A stretch of 62,409 nt of DNA, counting the filler, from Squatina squatina (taxonomy: Eukaryota), in the NCBI GenBank assembly GCA_031763465.1. It is 4 parts of 3 records of this genome, joined end to end, with 100 filler letters (N's around TTAATTAATTAA, not from the genome) between each part and the next. Parts side by side here need not be neighbours in the genome. Positions count along the whole stretch, not along the records: positions 1 to 13,071 come from JARFOE010000176.1; positions 13,172 to 29,136 come from JARFOE010000016.1; 2 more parts are not named here. One strand, 5' to 3'. Under the pieces are notes generated by a model. It saw nothing but the letters and a program-made list of their open reading frames with translations, ran no database searches and was not told the origin of the DNA. The position numbers and the translations under genes are program-made. Every line of letters starts with the position of its first letter. Position 1 is the stretch's first letter. Shown here in pieces: positions 1 through 13,859 of the stretch.

Positions 1-321
1 ATCACCTTTTACATCCTCAGAACACTTCAAAGCCAGTGAATTACTTTTGAAGTGTAATTACTGTTGTAATGTCGGCCAATGTGGTGTTTGTTGAGGGATA
101 AATGTGGGCCAGCACATTGTGGATACTCTCCGAGACTTCTTCAAATAGTGCAACGGTATCTTTTATAAATAAGTTTAACATCTCATCTGAAAGATGGCAT
201 CTCCAGCAGTACCGCACTGAAGCGTCAGCCTAGATTATGTGCTCAAGATTCTGGAGTGGGACTTGAGCTCACAACCTGCTGATTTAGAGGCAAGAGTGCT
301 ACACATTGAGACACAGCTGAT
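1..321 (-). mobile_element. SacSINE1/DeuSINE-like SINE, degenerate
   Basis: Aligns by eye to the other copies (gattatgtgctcaag..ctggagtgggacttga; tRNA-like head near 260-320). Confidence 0.7.
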
Positions 322-2836
322 AGCGTTTGTGTGACTGGCAACCGGGAGATGCTGTTGGAATGAATAGTCTGATTGATGTCAGCATACTGCAGACTTTATT
401 CCAGCGGGAGTCACATACCAAAAGGGCAATCTGAGCATGAAAGGATCTTGCACATAGTGGTACTCCACACCATGTGCTTCACAGCCGAGCTGATGGCCTT
501 TCACACCCCTCTGCTAAAAGCCAAATTAAGACCCACATGTTTTTCTTAATTCTTTTTCCCCCTCTCTTTTCTGTTTTAAAATAAGCAGAATATCAAAGAG
601 GGTTTAAAAATGCAAGAGAGTGCACCTCAAAGCCACTTTTTATGAGAATATAAGAGATGAGAGGTAGCTCTCTGGAGGCCCATATGCTGCCTCTAATCCC
701 AGCAGTCTAAGATTTAATCATTGCTTTCACCCAGTATGAAGAGACAATCCTNNNNNNNNNNNNNNNNNNNNNNNNNNNNNNNNNNNNNNNNNNNNNNNNN
801 NNNNNNNNNNNNNNNNNNNNNNNNNNNNNNNNNNNNNNNNNNNNNNNNNNNNNNNNNNNNNNNNNNNNNNNNNNNNNNNNNNNNNNNNNNNNNNNNNNNN
901 NNNNNNNNNNNNNNNNNNNNNNNNNNNNNNNNNNNNNNNNNNNNNNNNNNNNNNNNNNNNNNNNNNNNNNNNNNNNNNNNNNNNNNTCAGCACTGTAGAA
1001 TGGGGCACTTCTAAAGACAACTTAATTAATGTTTGTGTTCTTGTGCATCGATAGAAGAAATGTTATACGCACAGCTGGTCCCCTGTTTAGCCAAATGCAA
1101 GGCCTGTCACACACGAGGAGTAATCCTAGCTCTGTTTACATGAGAAATACCTGCCTCTGGAAATGAAACTTCTAAACCTTCTCTCCCCACCGTCAGCCCC
1201 TGCCAAATCTCCATTGATTTAGTGAAGCCTGCTAAACTGCCCCTGCCTGTCTGGGTATTGGTGTGTGTTGTCACTCTTGCAGGAAATAAGAACAAATTGC
1301 CTTCTACATTGATGTGATCTGTCGAAGTCTGAGATTGATAATGACTACGGATTGAATTTGAAACTCAAAATGTGCCAAGCTGGCATGAAATGTTCATTGA
1401 TTTTTCCTTTGCCCTCCCCCTTAATAACTTGAAGCTGCTGACGTTTTGCTTAGGGTATTGTTGCATAGGTACCGGGCATTCTCCAGTATCACACCCCCAG
1501 TGTTTTTTGTTCATGCCTCGGCGGGTCATTCAATTGTAGGGGGAGGAAAAGGTCTTCCTGATTTTGTTACACAGAGCACCACGGGCACAGTTTTCAGCCA
1601 AACACTATAAGGCTGTTCTGAAACTGTTCCCCAATTCAGTTTTGTTTTCTTTCTAGGTAAGGGCAGGTAAATGTCAAGAAATCTCTTTGATTTTATATGC
1701 TAAAAAAGAATGATTTATGGGGAAGAGAAATCAAATTACTTACCTATAGGAGATTTTTTTAAGGNNNNNNNNNNNNNNNNNNNNNNNNNNNNNNNNNNNN
1801 NNNNNNNNNNNNNNNNNNNNNNNNNNNNNNNNNNNNNNNNNNNNNNNNNNNNNNNNNNNNNNNNGGCTCAACTGATAGGGATCAGGGACATAGACCCTGC
1901 CTGACGCTACCCCGTCCTCTGCCGATTGCAGGAACTCTGAGGCTTATTGTAGCATCTACCTTCCCCCATCGCCGCCCCACCTTCCCCAACTGCTGACCTA
2001 TCTGAGATCAGTTAACTCAGCAAGGATTGGGAATCCAAAGAGAAGACCTTACTGATGCTAAACAAGAGAAGTATTTGACACAATAATCAGATGCGGGAAG
2101 AAGCTCGCGCTGAGGGCTGATGCTATTTCTCTTTGTTACTGACAGCCCTTCTGGTTCGGGCCTGTGGCATATCTCCGATAGTTAACTACATCATTCTCAT
2201 TTCACTTTATTACAAGGCTTCCAACCTGTGCTCTTTTTTAACAAGCTTCATCTTGCTGTTGCAGCTGATCTGAAAAGGGAAAGAGTTGTTGATTGTGCAG
2301 GAGCTTGGGGTTAAGGTGCTTACTGTTGACTTCAAGGGGGGTGGGGGGAATTGTGTAGTGCTCTGTGTGGGGGCGATAACAGCCGCGAGCTGGGATTACC
2401 TGCGCCTGGCGTGGAAGTCCCGCCCACGACCTAAATTCGGGTTTCCGCCCCCAAGAGCAAGTGGAGTACAAAATAGCGCGCTTGGCTTGCTCTGTGGGGT
2501 GCGAGCGGGAGAAAGGAATCCAAGAGGGCTGCCGTCTTGAAACACAGTCCTATTAATCAGGTAATTTTCTTTATGCATTTGAAAGGAACATGGAATTCGG
2601 TCATGAATCAGGCACTGGGGCTCATCAATAAATAAATGATCTTAGTGAAATGGGGAACCTGAGTGCACAGATGTAAAGCTGTGTGTACACACTGTGAGAC
2701 TGGAATGGGATTGATACTGTTCTTTGTGAGTGAGACTGATGTTGTGTTGGTACCAAGGAAGGACAGTGCTGTGTATGCATAATGTGACATTACTGGTCAT
2801 TCACTCGCCCTTGTTTGACTCTTTCCTCTACTGCAG

Positions 2837-3147
<311 letters not shown>

Positions 3148-4105
3148 TAGCAGTGCAAGAAAGCTGCCGTGCTGCCTTGTACAGACCTCCCTGAGATGCC
3201 AGGAGTAAATATCCATTGGTGGGGCCCACTAATTTAAAGCGAACCGTCACTATCGAACCCATTAGAGCACATGGTTGAATGGTGCCGTATGACCAGACCC
3301 CTATATCGGTGCTGCTTTCTCATGGATCCCAAGACCCCGTTTGGCCCCAACCTACTCCAAGCCCTGTGTGAAAGCGCAATGGTAGGGTTGGCAGCGAGGC
3401 GAATTAACTCGTCTCCTGCACCTTACTATAGAACGTAGCGGGGAACTATCCTGATGGGTTTCGCAAAGGTTTCCCTGTGACGGTTTTCATTGTATCCTTC
3501 ACACTTGCTGGCATCTCCCATTGGCCAAAGCCCTTGATCACCCTCTGAGATTGGGAGGTTCACCTTGAGAGTGATCANNNNNNNNNNNNNNNNNNNNNNN
3601 NNNNNNNNNNNNNNNNNNNNNNNNNNNNNNNNNNNNNNNNNNNNNNNNNNNNNNNNNNNNNNNNNNNNNNNNNNNNNCCAGCCATTGGAGAGTTTTTCCC
3701 CTGATTCCCATTGACTTCAGTTTTACTCAGTCCTTTCTGTGCTGTATACCTTTGTGCCTGAGTGCCAGTGGTAGGTGGACCTGTGGCTGCAACAGATGGC
3801 CGAGCGTGAAGTTGGCAGCCCGAAGTGACGGATAAGTTGATCTGTCAGTGAGGAGAGCAGTGTGCCGAGGACCCGACTGAGAGTGTTACATTGGAAATCT
3901 GTGGGAATGTGTGAAAATGCTGGGTCCGGGGCTCTGGGCCTGGCATCAAGAGCATCAATCATTGTGGTGGCAGAGTGTGTGCAAGCACAAGGCAGCCTGG
4001 GGGCAGCTTGACAGTCAGACCACATCACCAGTCAGGTGGCAAAAGCTCAGGCCCCTTCAAACTCAAAGAAGCAGCCTGCTCAGTGAAGAAGTTTTGTTTT
4101 TGAAT

Positions 4106-4484
4106 ATGTGTGTGTGCGTTGGTCTCTTTCAGCATGTGACTCCGTTCTAACTGCATGTCTTAACTACATCTGTGTGTGTCTGTGTGTGCGTCTGTGAGTG
4201 TGTGTGTTTGAGTGTGTGCGTGTCTGTGTGTGCATCTGTGAGTGTATGTGTTTGAGTATGTGCATCTGTGAGTGTGTGTGTGTCTTTGTCTATTTCTCAG
4301 TCTCTCTGTGTTCCTTTGTGTCTCTGTACTCATAATTATCTCTGCTTGTGTGTGTGTCTATTGGTTTGTGTCTCAGTATTGCTGTGTGCTTTGTGCCTCT
4401 GTTTATTTGTGTCTAGGTGTTTGTCTGTGTGCATGTGTCTGTGTGTTTGTGTGTGTGTCTGTTTTTGCCTCTCAGTATCTCAGT
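4106..4484. repeat. (TG)-rich degenerate microsatellite
   Basis: Long gtgtgt/gtgtct runs; the source of the spurious Cys/Val ORFs. Confidence 0.9.
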
Positions 4485-5787
4485 NNNNNNNNNNNNNNNN
4501 NNNNNNNNNNNNNNNNNNNNNNNNNNNNNNNNNNNNNNNNNNNNNNNNNNNNNNNNNNNNNNNNNNNNNNNNNNNNNNNNNNNNCTTTGGGGCATCCTGA
4601 GGTAGTGAAAGGTGCTGTTTAGGCCTAGAAATTAGCCACCGGGGGGAAGATAATGGGGCACTAATGACTTACCAACCAGGCGCGGTGAGATAAATGACTC
4701 AAGCTAACTTCGGCGGGAGGTATGTGGGCGGTGGTAAGACGTTGCGCCCGATCTCCTTCACCTGGAGAGCATGACGTCATCGCCGTGCACATCACCCCAG
4801 TAGTGCTCCTGGACACGAACTTCTGTTCCACCCCCTGCAACATCGCCGAGCGACAACACTGACAGCTGCGAGAGGCGTTGTTTGGGAGGCCGGGCGATTC
4901 GGGGGCAAAAGTTAAAGGTGAGGTTGGCAAGGTAAGTAGGAAAAAATGTTCATATGAATATTTTCAATTTTTTTGGTTCTTCTTAGGCCGCGATCGATCA
5001 GCCTAGCACTCTGCTGCATTGCACTACCCACCAACAAGGAGTGTTGGTGGTAAGGTGCCCCCTGCTCGGCNNNNNNNNNNTTACCAAACCGGCTCAACCT
5101 CACACAAAAGGCAGCTTTGGTGACTGCTCCTTCCACATCTCCAAAATCTCGATCTGCTTTAAAGACCAGACTAGCTATGTCCCACATGTTGCTCCTCCAT
5201 AGTCTCAATGGTGCAGGCTCCATAGCGTTACTGATTACCTGTGATTATCCATACCACTTTCGATCCCATTCAGAAACAGATATTTATCTTGCCCTTTCCT
5301 GAAGCTTAAGTCAACACTTCATTAAATACTTTAACCGGGATTATATCCACACATGCACAACTACATTGGGGGAAAAAAATCCCTTCTAATCTCTATTTAT
5401 GCTTGAGGCCTACTAATTTTGTATTTAGATTTTTTACCTCTGTAATCACAGCTAATTATGATAAGCTACATACAAATACATTGTACATGTCTCTCATTGC
5501 TTCAAAGAGCTGAATCAGTGCTGACATGAAACTCTGCTGCCTCAAAGCGATTTACCTTTCTCTGGAAGGTCTCATTGCAGGCGTGCAATGAATGGCGAGG
5601 TGCAGGACACAACGAGTCACGGAGGAAGTGCCAAGCCTGTCTGAATATTCCAACATAGGATTCGCACCTCTTTAACTTCTGTCAGATTGTGCCATTTTAT
5701 TTTCCACACCTCAGTTGTCCTCACGGTTAGGTTTGGAGGGAAAAGATGTGTTTGATCATAGTGCTCTTGTACTGTGGCCATTGATAG

Positions 5788-6230
5788 GGGAAAGAAAGAG
5801 CAAATGAAAGAACGAAAGAAAGAAAGAAGAAAGAACGAATGAAAGAACGAAAGAAAGAAAGAATGAAAGAACGAAAGAAAAAATGAAGGAAAGAACAAAA
5901 GAAAGTAAGAAAGAATGAAAGAAAAAAGAACGAACGAAAAAAAGAATGGATAAAAGAAAGAACGAAAGAACGAATGAAAGAACGAAAGAGAACGGAAGAA
6001 TGAAAGAAAGAACGAAAGAAAGAATGAACGAATGAAAGAAAGAATGAAAGAAAAAAGAAAGAACGAAAAAAAGAGAGTGAATAAAAGAAAGAACGAAAGA
6101 ACGAATGAAAGAATGAAAGAGAACGAAAGAATGAAAGAAAGAATGAAAGAAAGAACGAAAGAAAAATTGAATAAAAGAAAGAACGAATGACTGAAAGAAA
6201 GAACGAAAGAATGAAACAATGAAAGAAAGA
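5788..6230. repeat. (GAAA/GAAC/GAAT)n simple repeat
   Basis: Tetranucleotide-variant purine repeat; the source of the spurious 267-aa Phe/Ser ORF. Confidence 0.95.
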
Positions 6231-6559
6231 NNNNNNNNNNNNNNNNNNNNNNNNNNNNNNNNNNNNNNNNNNNNNNNNNNNNNNNNNNNNNNNNNNNNNN
6301 NNNNNNNNNNNNNNNNNNNNNNNNNNNNNNCATTCGAATGGGCTTTCCCCTTCTCAGTACCACAAAAAGCCTGGCACAGTTCTTGTACAAAAGGTAACTA
6401 GTTTGCAATGTGACCTCCAAACGTTGAAAGGAGTGCTGCCAGAACCTGCATGTTGCATTTGATTGGAATCCGCCAAAGATGGATATGTACTGGGGGGAGG
6501 TGGGTAGCAGGGTGGGAGGGGGGAGCTGTCTGGGGCGGTTGTCATTGCCAATTCTTTCC

Positions 6560-6760
6560 TCCCTAATCTCCTCCGCCTCTCCACCTCTCTCTCCTTTTTA
6601 AGCCGCGCCTTAATACCCGATATCTTTGACCAAGCTTTTGGTCACCTGGCCTTGTGTGGCTCGGTGTCAACTCTTGTCGAATAACGCTCCTGTGAAGTGC
6701 CTTGGGACGTTTTACTACGTTAAAGGTGCTCTATAAATGCAAGTTGTTGTTGTTGTTGTT
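6560..6760 (+). mobile_element. L2 LINE 3' end
   Basis: ctttgaccaagcttttggtcacct...ctcctgtgaagtgccttgggacg...taaatgcaag(ttg)n; the same end occurs at 32660-32970, 40965-41300 (-) and 47180-47314. Confidence 0.75.
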
Positions 6761-7537
6761 AGGGATTGCAGTCTGAATGCGGAAGTCTACATTGAGATAG
6801 TGTGCAGCCTTGCGAGCAGTTCTGCAGCTCGATACATCTCTCCCACCTGACTGACAAACTGCATCAACGTCAAAAATGGCCAACAAGTTATCTGAAGGGA
6901 CACATCTCAACTCCTGGCTTAATCTCTTCCTCCAATGACAGTTTTGGATTAATGCACAAAGGGATTCAGTTTAAGCAAACATGCCTGACAGCAAGGCCTC
7001 TCTTTGTTCCTGCTGAATAAATCATTAATACTGGCAGCTGTCCAATCACCTGTGTGTGTGCGTCAGTCACGATTGAAGAAAACCTCATACAGACGCAAAA
7101 CATTACAGAAAGGTGAAACCGCTTACTCTCCATTCTTCTGTCTGTCCTCTCTCAATTGGAAAAGGCAACCTTTCCCCCTCCTCAGGCTCCTCCACGCCTT
7201 TGATGTTTTATCTTAAAGGGGCCAGGGTCTTTGTGGTGGNNNNNNNNNNNNNNNNNNNNNNNNNNNNNNNNNNNNNNNNNNNNNNNNNNNNNNNNNNNNN
7301 NNNNNNNNNNNNNNNNNNNNNNNNNNNNNNNNNNNNNNNATGTTCTGTGATGGATCAATGACGCTATCATCCCCCTTTGCCCGATGAGACATGTCAGAAA
7401 GGTTTTGAAATATTATTAAAGCTACGGAACTCAGGTCCGAAGCAGTCTTGAGTAGAATGACAGATCTATAAATCTCTCCCACCCAAACACAAAGAGTGCG
7501 GCCTGCTGTAAAAACACGTGTGTGCCTTCAAAAGAAT

Positions 7538-8002
7538 GAAAGAAGCTGGATTTATACAGCGCCTTTCACAACCTCAGGATGTCCGAAGGCGATTTACAGC
7601 CAATTAAGTTATCTTTGAAATGTCGTCACTGTTGTAATGTAGGAAACACAGCAGCCAAGATGCGCACAAGCAAACTCCGACAAACAGCAATGTGATAATG
7701 GCTAGATCATCTGTTTTAGTGATGTCGGTTCAGGGATGAATATTGGTCAGGACACCGGGGAGAACTCCTCTGCTCTCCTTCGAAAAAGTGCCATTAGATC
7801 TTTTATGTCCACCTGGGAGAGCAGACGGTGCCTCGGTGTAACGACTCATCCGAAAGACAGTGCCTCCAGCAGTGCAGCTCTCCCGCAGCACTGCCCTGGA
7901 GTGTCCGCCTCGATTATGTGCTCAAGTCTCTGGAGCAGGAGTTGAACCTATTACCTACTGAGTCAGAGGCGAGAGTTTTACCCACTAAGCCACAGCTGAC
8001 AC
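7538..8002 (-). mobile_element. Full-length SacSINE1/DeuSINE-like tRNA-derived SINE
   Basis: The reverse complement begins GTGTCAGCTGTGGCTTAGTGGGT (A-box-like), has a GGTTCAA B-box-like motif and a central conserved body, and ends with the tail GAAAGGCGCTGTATAAATCCAGC. Confidence 0.85.
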
Positions 8003-9480
8003 TCAAATCCCCCAGCCCCCACACACGAGATAAAAAAGGACAACAGAGCCCCTTTAAGAGTTGAAAATGAGACAAACAGAAGCTAAGGTGACTGGCAGTG
8101 TCCATTTCAGATTTACCCAGAAAGGAGCAGTCTTTGATAATGAAGTAGCACGAGCAGCTATGAACCTGTCAGAATGATCTTTACAAGATGGGTCTCTTGC
8201 AGTCAACCAGGTTGTGCCCTCACGCTGGGGGGTGCGGGGGCGGTGGAGCTGTGTTCACATCCAGCTGAGATTACATCTCTTTTCCCAACACTGATCGGAT
8301 TTTATTTGTTTTTTTTGGTATCTAATGGCTACCGAACCCCTCCTCAAGGAATAAAGAGAAAGGGCAATTTTAATTATGGCAGGCTGAGGTTTTTGAGCTC
8401 CCCCTCAAGTCCCCTGCAGAATAGGCCTGAAGCCTGCCTTCAGCGGTGCTGACTTGTTAAGGCATCCAATTTGAAAGCAGCTTGTATCAATTTATCCTTA
8501 ATTAGGGAGACAGTCGTTCTGAGCTTCAAAGGGCCACAGATGAGGTGACATTATCTGGCAAACTTCAAGCGAGTAGCCACAGAGGACTAATAAAGGCCTA
8601 AATTTGTATAATCAGAGACTTAATAATCGCACCAGTTCCCCCTTGAGGCATAAAAGACCCCCCTCGCCAACTGAAAAGCACATGTTACTGTCTGTCAGCC
8701 AAGCCACCTTATTAAGATGCCATAATGTGCACTGAGAGGTGTTTATGTATGTACTAGGTTTAGCTGAAATGTCAATCTGTCATTTCTCAAAGCCCTGTTT
8801 TTTATTGCTTCTCTGTGCGCTCTCAGTCCCTGGCCCTGATGTGGCCTTGCACATTCCCTCTTTATTAAAGCAGCCGGATCCTGGACAATAGAACCTCAAG
8901 CTTTCTTGTTTATTTAAATGTTTTTTTTCCCCATGCTGATTTGAAATTCAAANNNNNNNNNNNNNNNNNNNNNNNNNNNNNNNNNNNNNNNNNNNNNNNN
9001 NNNNNNNNNNNNNNNNNNNNNNNNNNNNNNNNNNNNNNNNNNNNNNNNNNNNAAATTGATCTCTATTCAAAAAGGGAAAAATTGCAGGGATATGGGGAAG
9101 GAAGGGGCATATGGGACTAATTGTGCAGCTCTTTCAAAAAGCTGACACATGCACAATGGGCCGAATGGCCTCCTTCTGTGCTGTATGATTCTAAGATTCT
9201 ATGATCAACTGCTTTTGCTGGCAGTTTGCTCTGCATCCACTATTCTGTGGTCTCTTTCTTAACAGCAAACCTAGATGTGGTAGCAGAGCTTGCACACCTC
9301 AATGCCGATTGTAGCCCAACTATCAGTAAGACCATGCATCCTGGAAAGGTCAGAAGGTAGACACCATACAAGGAGTCGTCCTGGCTGGGAGTGGTCAAAG
9401 ACCCCGCCCCTGCTCCAGGGTTACAATCGCCTTTCTCTTTCTTTTATTGGGTAACATTTCAAGCAGAAGGAAGCAGTCAC

Positions 9481-9648
9481 CATAAGGGTGCATGTGGTCT
9501 CCCGGCATCTGAGGAGGAGTGAGGCCTTGTCGGAAAGGATCGGTGTTATATCCATTCTGTTCAATAGCCAGGAGCTGCTGTGGAGGCAGGCTTGTATAAG
9601 GGTTCATCATTGTCTCCATTCCAGGGTTATTGGAGGTGTTCGCTGGGA
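9481..9648 (-). CDS. LMX1A: LMX1A penultimate coding exon (168 bp, phase 1-1)
   Basis: Minus-strand acceptor tttcttgtatAG and donor TATG|GTGACT. Encodes [72 protein letters not shown] and DHMHPY match LMX1A rather than LMX1B (QQIVAMEQ, PFQQ, DHMNPY). Confidence 0.9.
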
Positions 9649-11074
9649 CTATACAAGAAAAAAAGAAATAAAATAAAATGAATGTCACACAGCAGCACAT
9701 TCTATCCAACTCAGTAAGGAAGTTATGCAAAACCTTAATTAATCACTGGTTAGGCCTCAGCTGGAGCATTTTGTCCAATTCTGGGCACCACAATTTAGGA
9801 AAGACATCATGNNNNNNNNNNNNNNNNNNNNNNNNNNNNNNNNNNNNNNNNNNNNNNNNNNNNNNNNNNNNNNNNNNNNNNNNNNNNNNNNNNNNNNNNN
9901 NNNNNNNNNNNGCTGTACCTGCCCTGGGAGTGTTTGATGGGGCCGTGTAAAGGGAGCTTAGAGGGTGCATAGCAAGATCCCGCGATCATTGATTAGATGA
10001 ATGATTAGTTAATCAGTTTTAGGTGTTGGTTGAGAGATATTTTGCTGGAACACCAGGAGAGCTCCACTGCTTTTCTTCGAACAATGCTGTGGGAGAGAGA
10101 CTGAGCCACAGTTTAACTTTTCATCCGACAGAAGGAGTTTTATTTTGTGCATAGGTGGCGCTGCACATGATCTGGAAGTGCCTGACACTAATAATAGGAG
10201 CAAAGAGCGAGAAATTGTTCCATTCCCAGACAATTAATTAGATGCAACAAGTCACCAAACCTATGCAAATGCTTTTTAAAAATTATAATGCGCGCCTGAT
10301 CTGATAAAGGCAAGACACTACATGCGTATAAAAGTAGATTCAAGCGTCTGTCTGGAATGGAGGGGGAGGAGAGAAGTGGATGTATTGAAAGTGCTGAGAG
10401 TAATTCTCAAGTGACGAGCATGGAGCACGAAGCACGAAGCAAGGAGAACAAAGCAAAGTACATTTGAAATGCCACAGGAGTCTGACTGCTAAAAGGTCAA
10501 TTATGAGGTCTAGCCGAATCCCTTCGAGTCTTTTCAACCAATAACATCAGCCGCACTGATTAAACAACGGCTTGACATTTCACCAGCCATTACCATTGAT
10601 TGAGGCAACTCTCTAAAGTAACAGGCTTGTAAACCATATGTATTTTATGCAAAAATCAATACTCGCATTACTCTGATTCAATTTAGAACAAGTCATAAAG
10701 GACCCTCATGAGTCACCCGAGTGATGAAAGGTTATGGTTTGCAGGGCATTAAAAAAAAAGACTTTCTCTTTGTTGAGTTGACGAGAGATGTGATTCGCGT
10801 TGGTCAAAATTAAATTTTCGGCCTGCTGTCCAGCGAGGAATGAAGGGAGCTGGGGTTCAAGGTACAGCACAGCAGTGAAGTGGCAAGGTTGTTTAAAAAC
10901 CGGTGCAATAAAGCCAGGCCGGTCAGCATTGGGGAGACGTTAGAAGCGAGANNNNNNNNNNNNNNNNNNNNNNNNNNNNNNNNNNNNNNNNNNNNNNNNN
11001 NNNNNNNNNNNNNNNNNNNNNNNNNNNNNNNNNNNNNNNNNNNNNNNNNNNGCACAGACCAACTGGGCCCCCAT

Positions 11075-11285
11075 GGTGCCTTTCATGACCTCAGGACATC
11101 CCAACACACTTTACAGCCACTGAAGTACTTTTGAAGTGTAGTCACTGTTGTAATGTAGGAAATGTGGCAGCCAATTGCCACACAGCAAGCTCCGACAAAC
11201 AGTAATAAGATAAATGACCAGTTAATCTGTTTTTTTTTTAGTAATGCTGGTTGTGGGATAAATATTGGCCTGGACACCGAGGAGA
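11075..11285 (-). mobile_element. SacSINE1-like SINE, 3' half
   Basis: gcctttcatgacctcaggacatccc...gtcactgttgtaatgtagg...tattggcctggacacc, shared with the other copies. Confidence 0.8.
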
Positions 11286-12494
11286 AAATATAGCTTTAAG
11301 GGAAATCAGGATGGCTTGCCATAAACTACATGCTGAACAGTTTTAAAATACAATGCATTTCTGGGCCTTGAACAAAGTGAATGTATCCCACATGAGTCAA
11401 TCGCCTCACTCACTGACTGGCATTGGAACGACTTTCTTATTTCCTATTGTGCTGAGCTCGGCTCTCATTAATCATCTGTCAGGGCTGCCCAGGCTGTTGG
11501 ACGTCTCATCTCTCCTCCACAGCACAGACCTTCCGAGATATCATCTGAATTGATCAGGAGTGAAAGGGAAATGAAGAAGGTTTCCTTCCGCACAGATATG
11601 ATCACAAATCTTGTTTAGTGATGAGATCTGTATGTACCTATCACTGCACTTGAGCTGTTAGTTGGCTGCGAGGGACAAACGGCTACAAGTATTGATCGCT
11701 GTGTAATGATAAAGAGCAATGCTGCTGTTCCGAATCACATCTTTCGTTCAAAGAGTCGAGGAAATGTCAGTGAGCTGGTGGGCTGAAGTTTTAAATTACT
11801 TTTTCTCCCTCCTTATTTTTACACCAAAATCCTCATGGAGTTGAGGTTTGACAGATAGGCAGTTATGACGAAAGAAGCGTATCTTCTCTTCCTTGGACAT
11901 TCGTCACTCTCCCTTTCAGTAATGGCATTTACTTGTTCCCTCTGGGCACGGTTTGTGGACTCATTCAGTACNNNNNNNNNNNNNNNNNNNNNNNNNNNNN
12001 NNNNNNNNNNNNNNNNNNNNNNNNNNNNNNNNNNNNNNNNNNNNNNNNNNNNNNNNNNNNNNNNNNNNNNNGTGTGTGGGGGATATGGCTGGTCATCAGT
12101 GGCCCATTCATCGCACACCGCAATCGATTCACGTCAATAACCAGGGCAGATCAGCAGCTTGCAACAAGTGGAACAATTTATTTGCATTATGCATTAACAA
12201 GTACAAATTAAAAACCCATCAAACCTACACCTCATTATTCGTGTGTCCTAACCTGGCAATCTTTGTAGTTAAAAATGACACATTACCCGGTGTTGACTGG
12301 TGAACACGAACAAACAAAAAATCTAAATTAATTACAAATGGTTCCGTCCGAGTTAAAAAGGAAAACACAATTTTTTTAAACTGCAGTACCTTACAATGAA
12401 AAACAACATGCTAATGTATAACGACTTGTCGGCGGTCTATAATCTGTAAATCAGTCTCTCGTACTGCAGGTAGGCATTTTACAGCTTGAGAGAA

Positions 12495-12780
12495 GTCTTG
12501 GACAAGGGGACATAACGTTAAAATCGGGCCATTCGGGAAAGAAGTTAGGGAACACTTCTACGTGCAATGGGTGGTAGAAGTGTGAGACTCACACAAAAAG
12601 CAGTAGATGCTAGCTCAATTCATCATTTTAAATCTGTGCTCGATAGATTTTTACTAGCCAAGGATATTAAGGGATATGGAGCCAAGGCAGGTGGATGGAG
12701 TAAGGATACAGATCAGCTGTGATCTCATTGAATAGCAGAACAGACTCAAGGGGCTGAATGGCCTCCTCCTGTCCCTGTGT
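12495..12780 (+). mobile_element. CR1 LINE 3' fragment
   Basis: gaagttagggaacacttct...gatagattttt...aagggatatggag...ggggctgaatggcctcctcctgtcc. Related ends at 9053-9205, 16140-16280, 18135-18303, 30270-30750, 36100-36365 and 54930-55046. Confidence 0.75.
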
Positions 12781-13115
12781 TGTTGGTTGGGGAACTTTTA
12801 ATTGCTATTATTAGGTTCCTAATGTGTTGCTTGTTTTTAATTCATAATTAATGGATATATTTGATTAATGGAAATGGTTGCTCGTCACAACCTCAAGCTT
12901 CCAGCAATAAAAGAAAAATGCCCAGCCTGAGTAATAATTCACCGAGATCAAAAAAATGTGGTCTCACCAAGGCCCTGTACAACTGCAGTAGGATCTCCCT
13001 GCTACTATACTCAAATCCTCTTGCTATGAATGCCAACATGCCATTTGCTTTCTTCACTGCCTGCTGTACCTNNNNNNNNNNNNNNNNNNNNNNNNNNNNN
13101 NNNNNNNNNNNNNNN

Positions 13116-13127
13116 TTAATTAATTAA
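13116..13127. other. Artificial scaffold-join spacer TTAATTAATTAA
   Basis: Flanked by 44 N on each side (13072-13171); palindromic, with stop codons in all six frames. Confidence 0.95.
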
Positions 13128-13261
13128 NNNNNNNNNNNNNNNNNNNNNNNNNNNNNNNNNNNNNNNNNNNNCTGGAGCAGAAAATTCCACAGATTAAAAT
13201 GCTCTGAGTGAAGAACTCTCCCCTCATCTTAGTCCTAAATGGCCGACCCCTTATCCTGAGA

Positions 13262-13859
13262 GGCCTACAAATTCAGTATCGCCCACACTCGCGAGGCACG
13301 AGACTTTGCGCCAGGCGCCAAAGTCTCACCTCTCGTGATAAATAGGGTTAGTGCCCTTGAAAGGAAGTGGAGCGCTAAATGAAGTGCAGGAGCGGGGCGC
13401 ACGGCTCAGCAGCGCTACGCACTGAAGTAAAGGGAAGGCCCCAAGCTGCATACTCTGTAGATTGGGAACACACCTACCTGGACCACCGGGGAGTGGGGGT
13501 GCTGTGCGATCAGCACCGGAGCGGGAAGCGAAACGGAGATTTTTATCTGCAGCGGCCGGCCACCTCCCCTTTAATTTTCGACCCAGTAGCAGTCGGCCAC
13601 CAGAAGCTGTCGCTGTCATTGCAGCTTCAGGGATATCCAATTTAGGCACCGGGGCGCTAACGGGGCAATGCACACAGCGATGACGTCTCGATCTCTGGGT
13701 GCAGGAGATCGGGTGCAACGCTGTAGCGCCTCCGTTATACACCCGCCAAATTTAGCAGGAGTTGTTAGCGGCATCCTGCCTGGTCGCAAAGTCATTCGCT
13801 CCCCGTTAGCGCCCCCAGGGGCACTAACGGGAGGCACAAATGACACGAATTTCTCCCCC
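13262..13859. mobile_element. GC/CpG-rich non-autonomous DNA-transposon-like element (possibly a PIF/Harbinger MITE)
   Basis: The ends GGCCTACAAATTC...GAATTTCTCCCCC form an imperfect inverted repeat followed by TAA. The right end matches the reverse complement of 43198-43240, and the left end resembles 4622 and 56262. Confidence 0.55.

Noticed and set aside
3445-3480. Hammerhead ribozyme-like CTGATG motif
   Set aside because: The core reads CTGATGG rather than CTGANGA, and there is no GAAA or supporting stems.
5617-6420. 267-aa hydrophobic ORF
   Set aside because: Translation of a (GAAA)n simple repeat.
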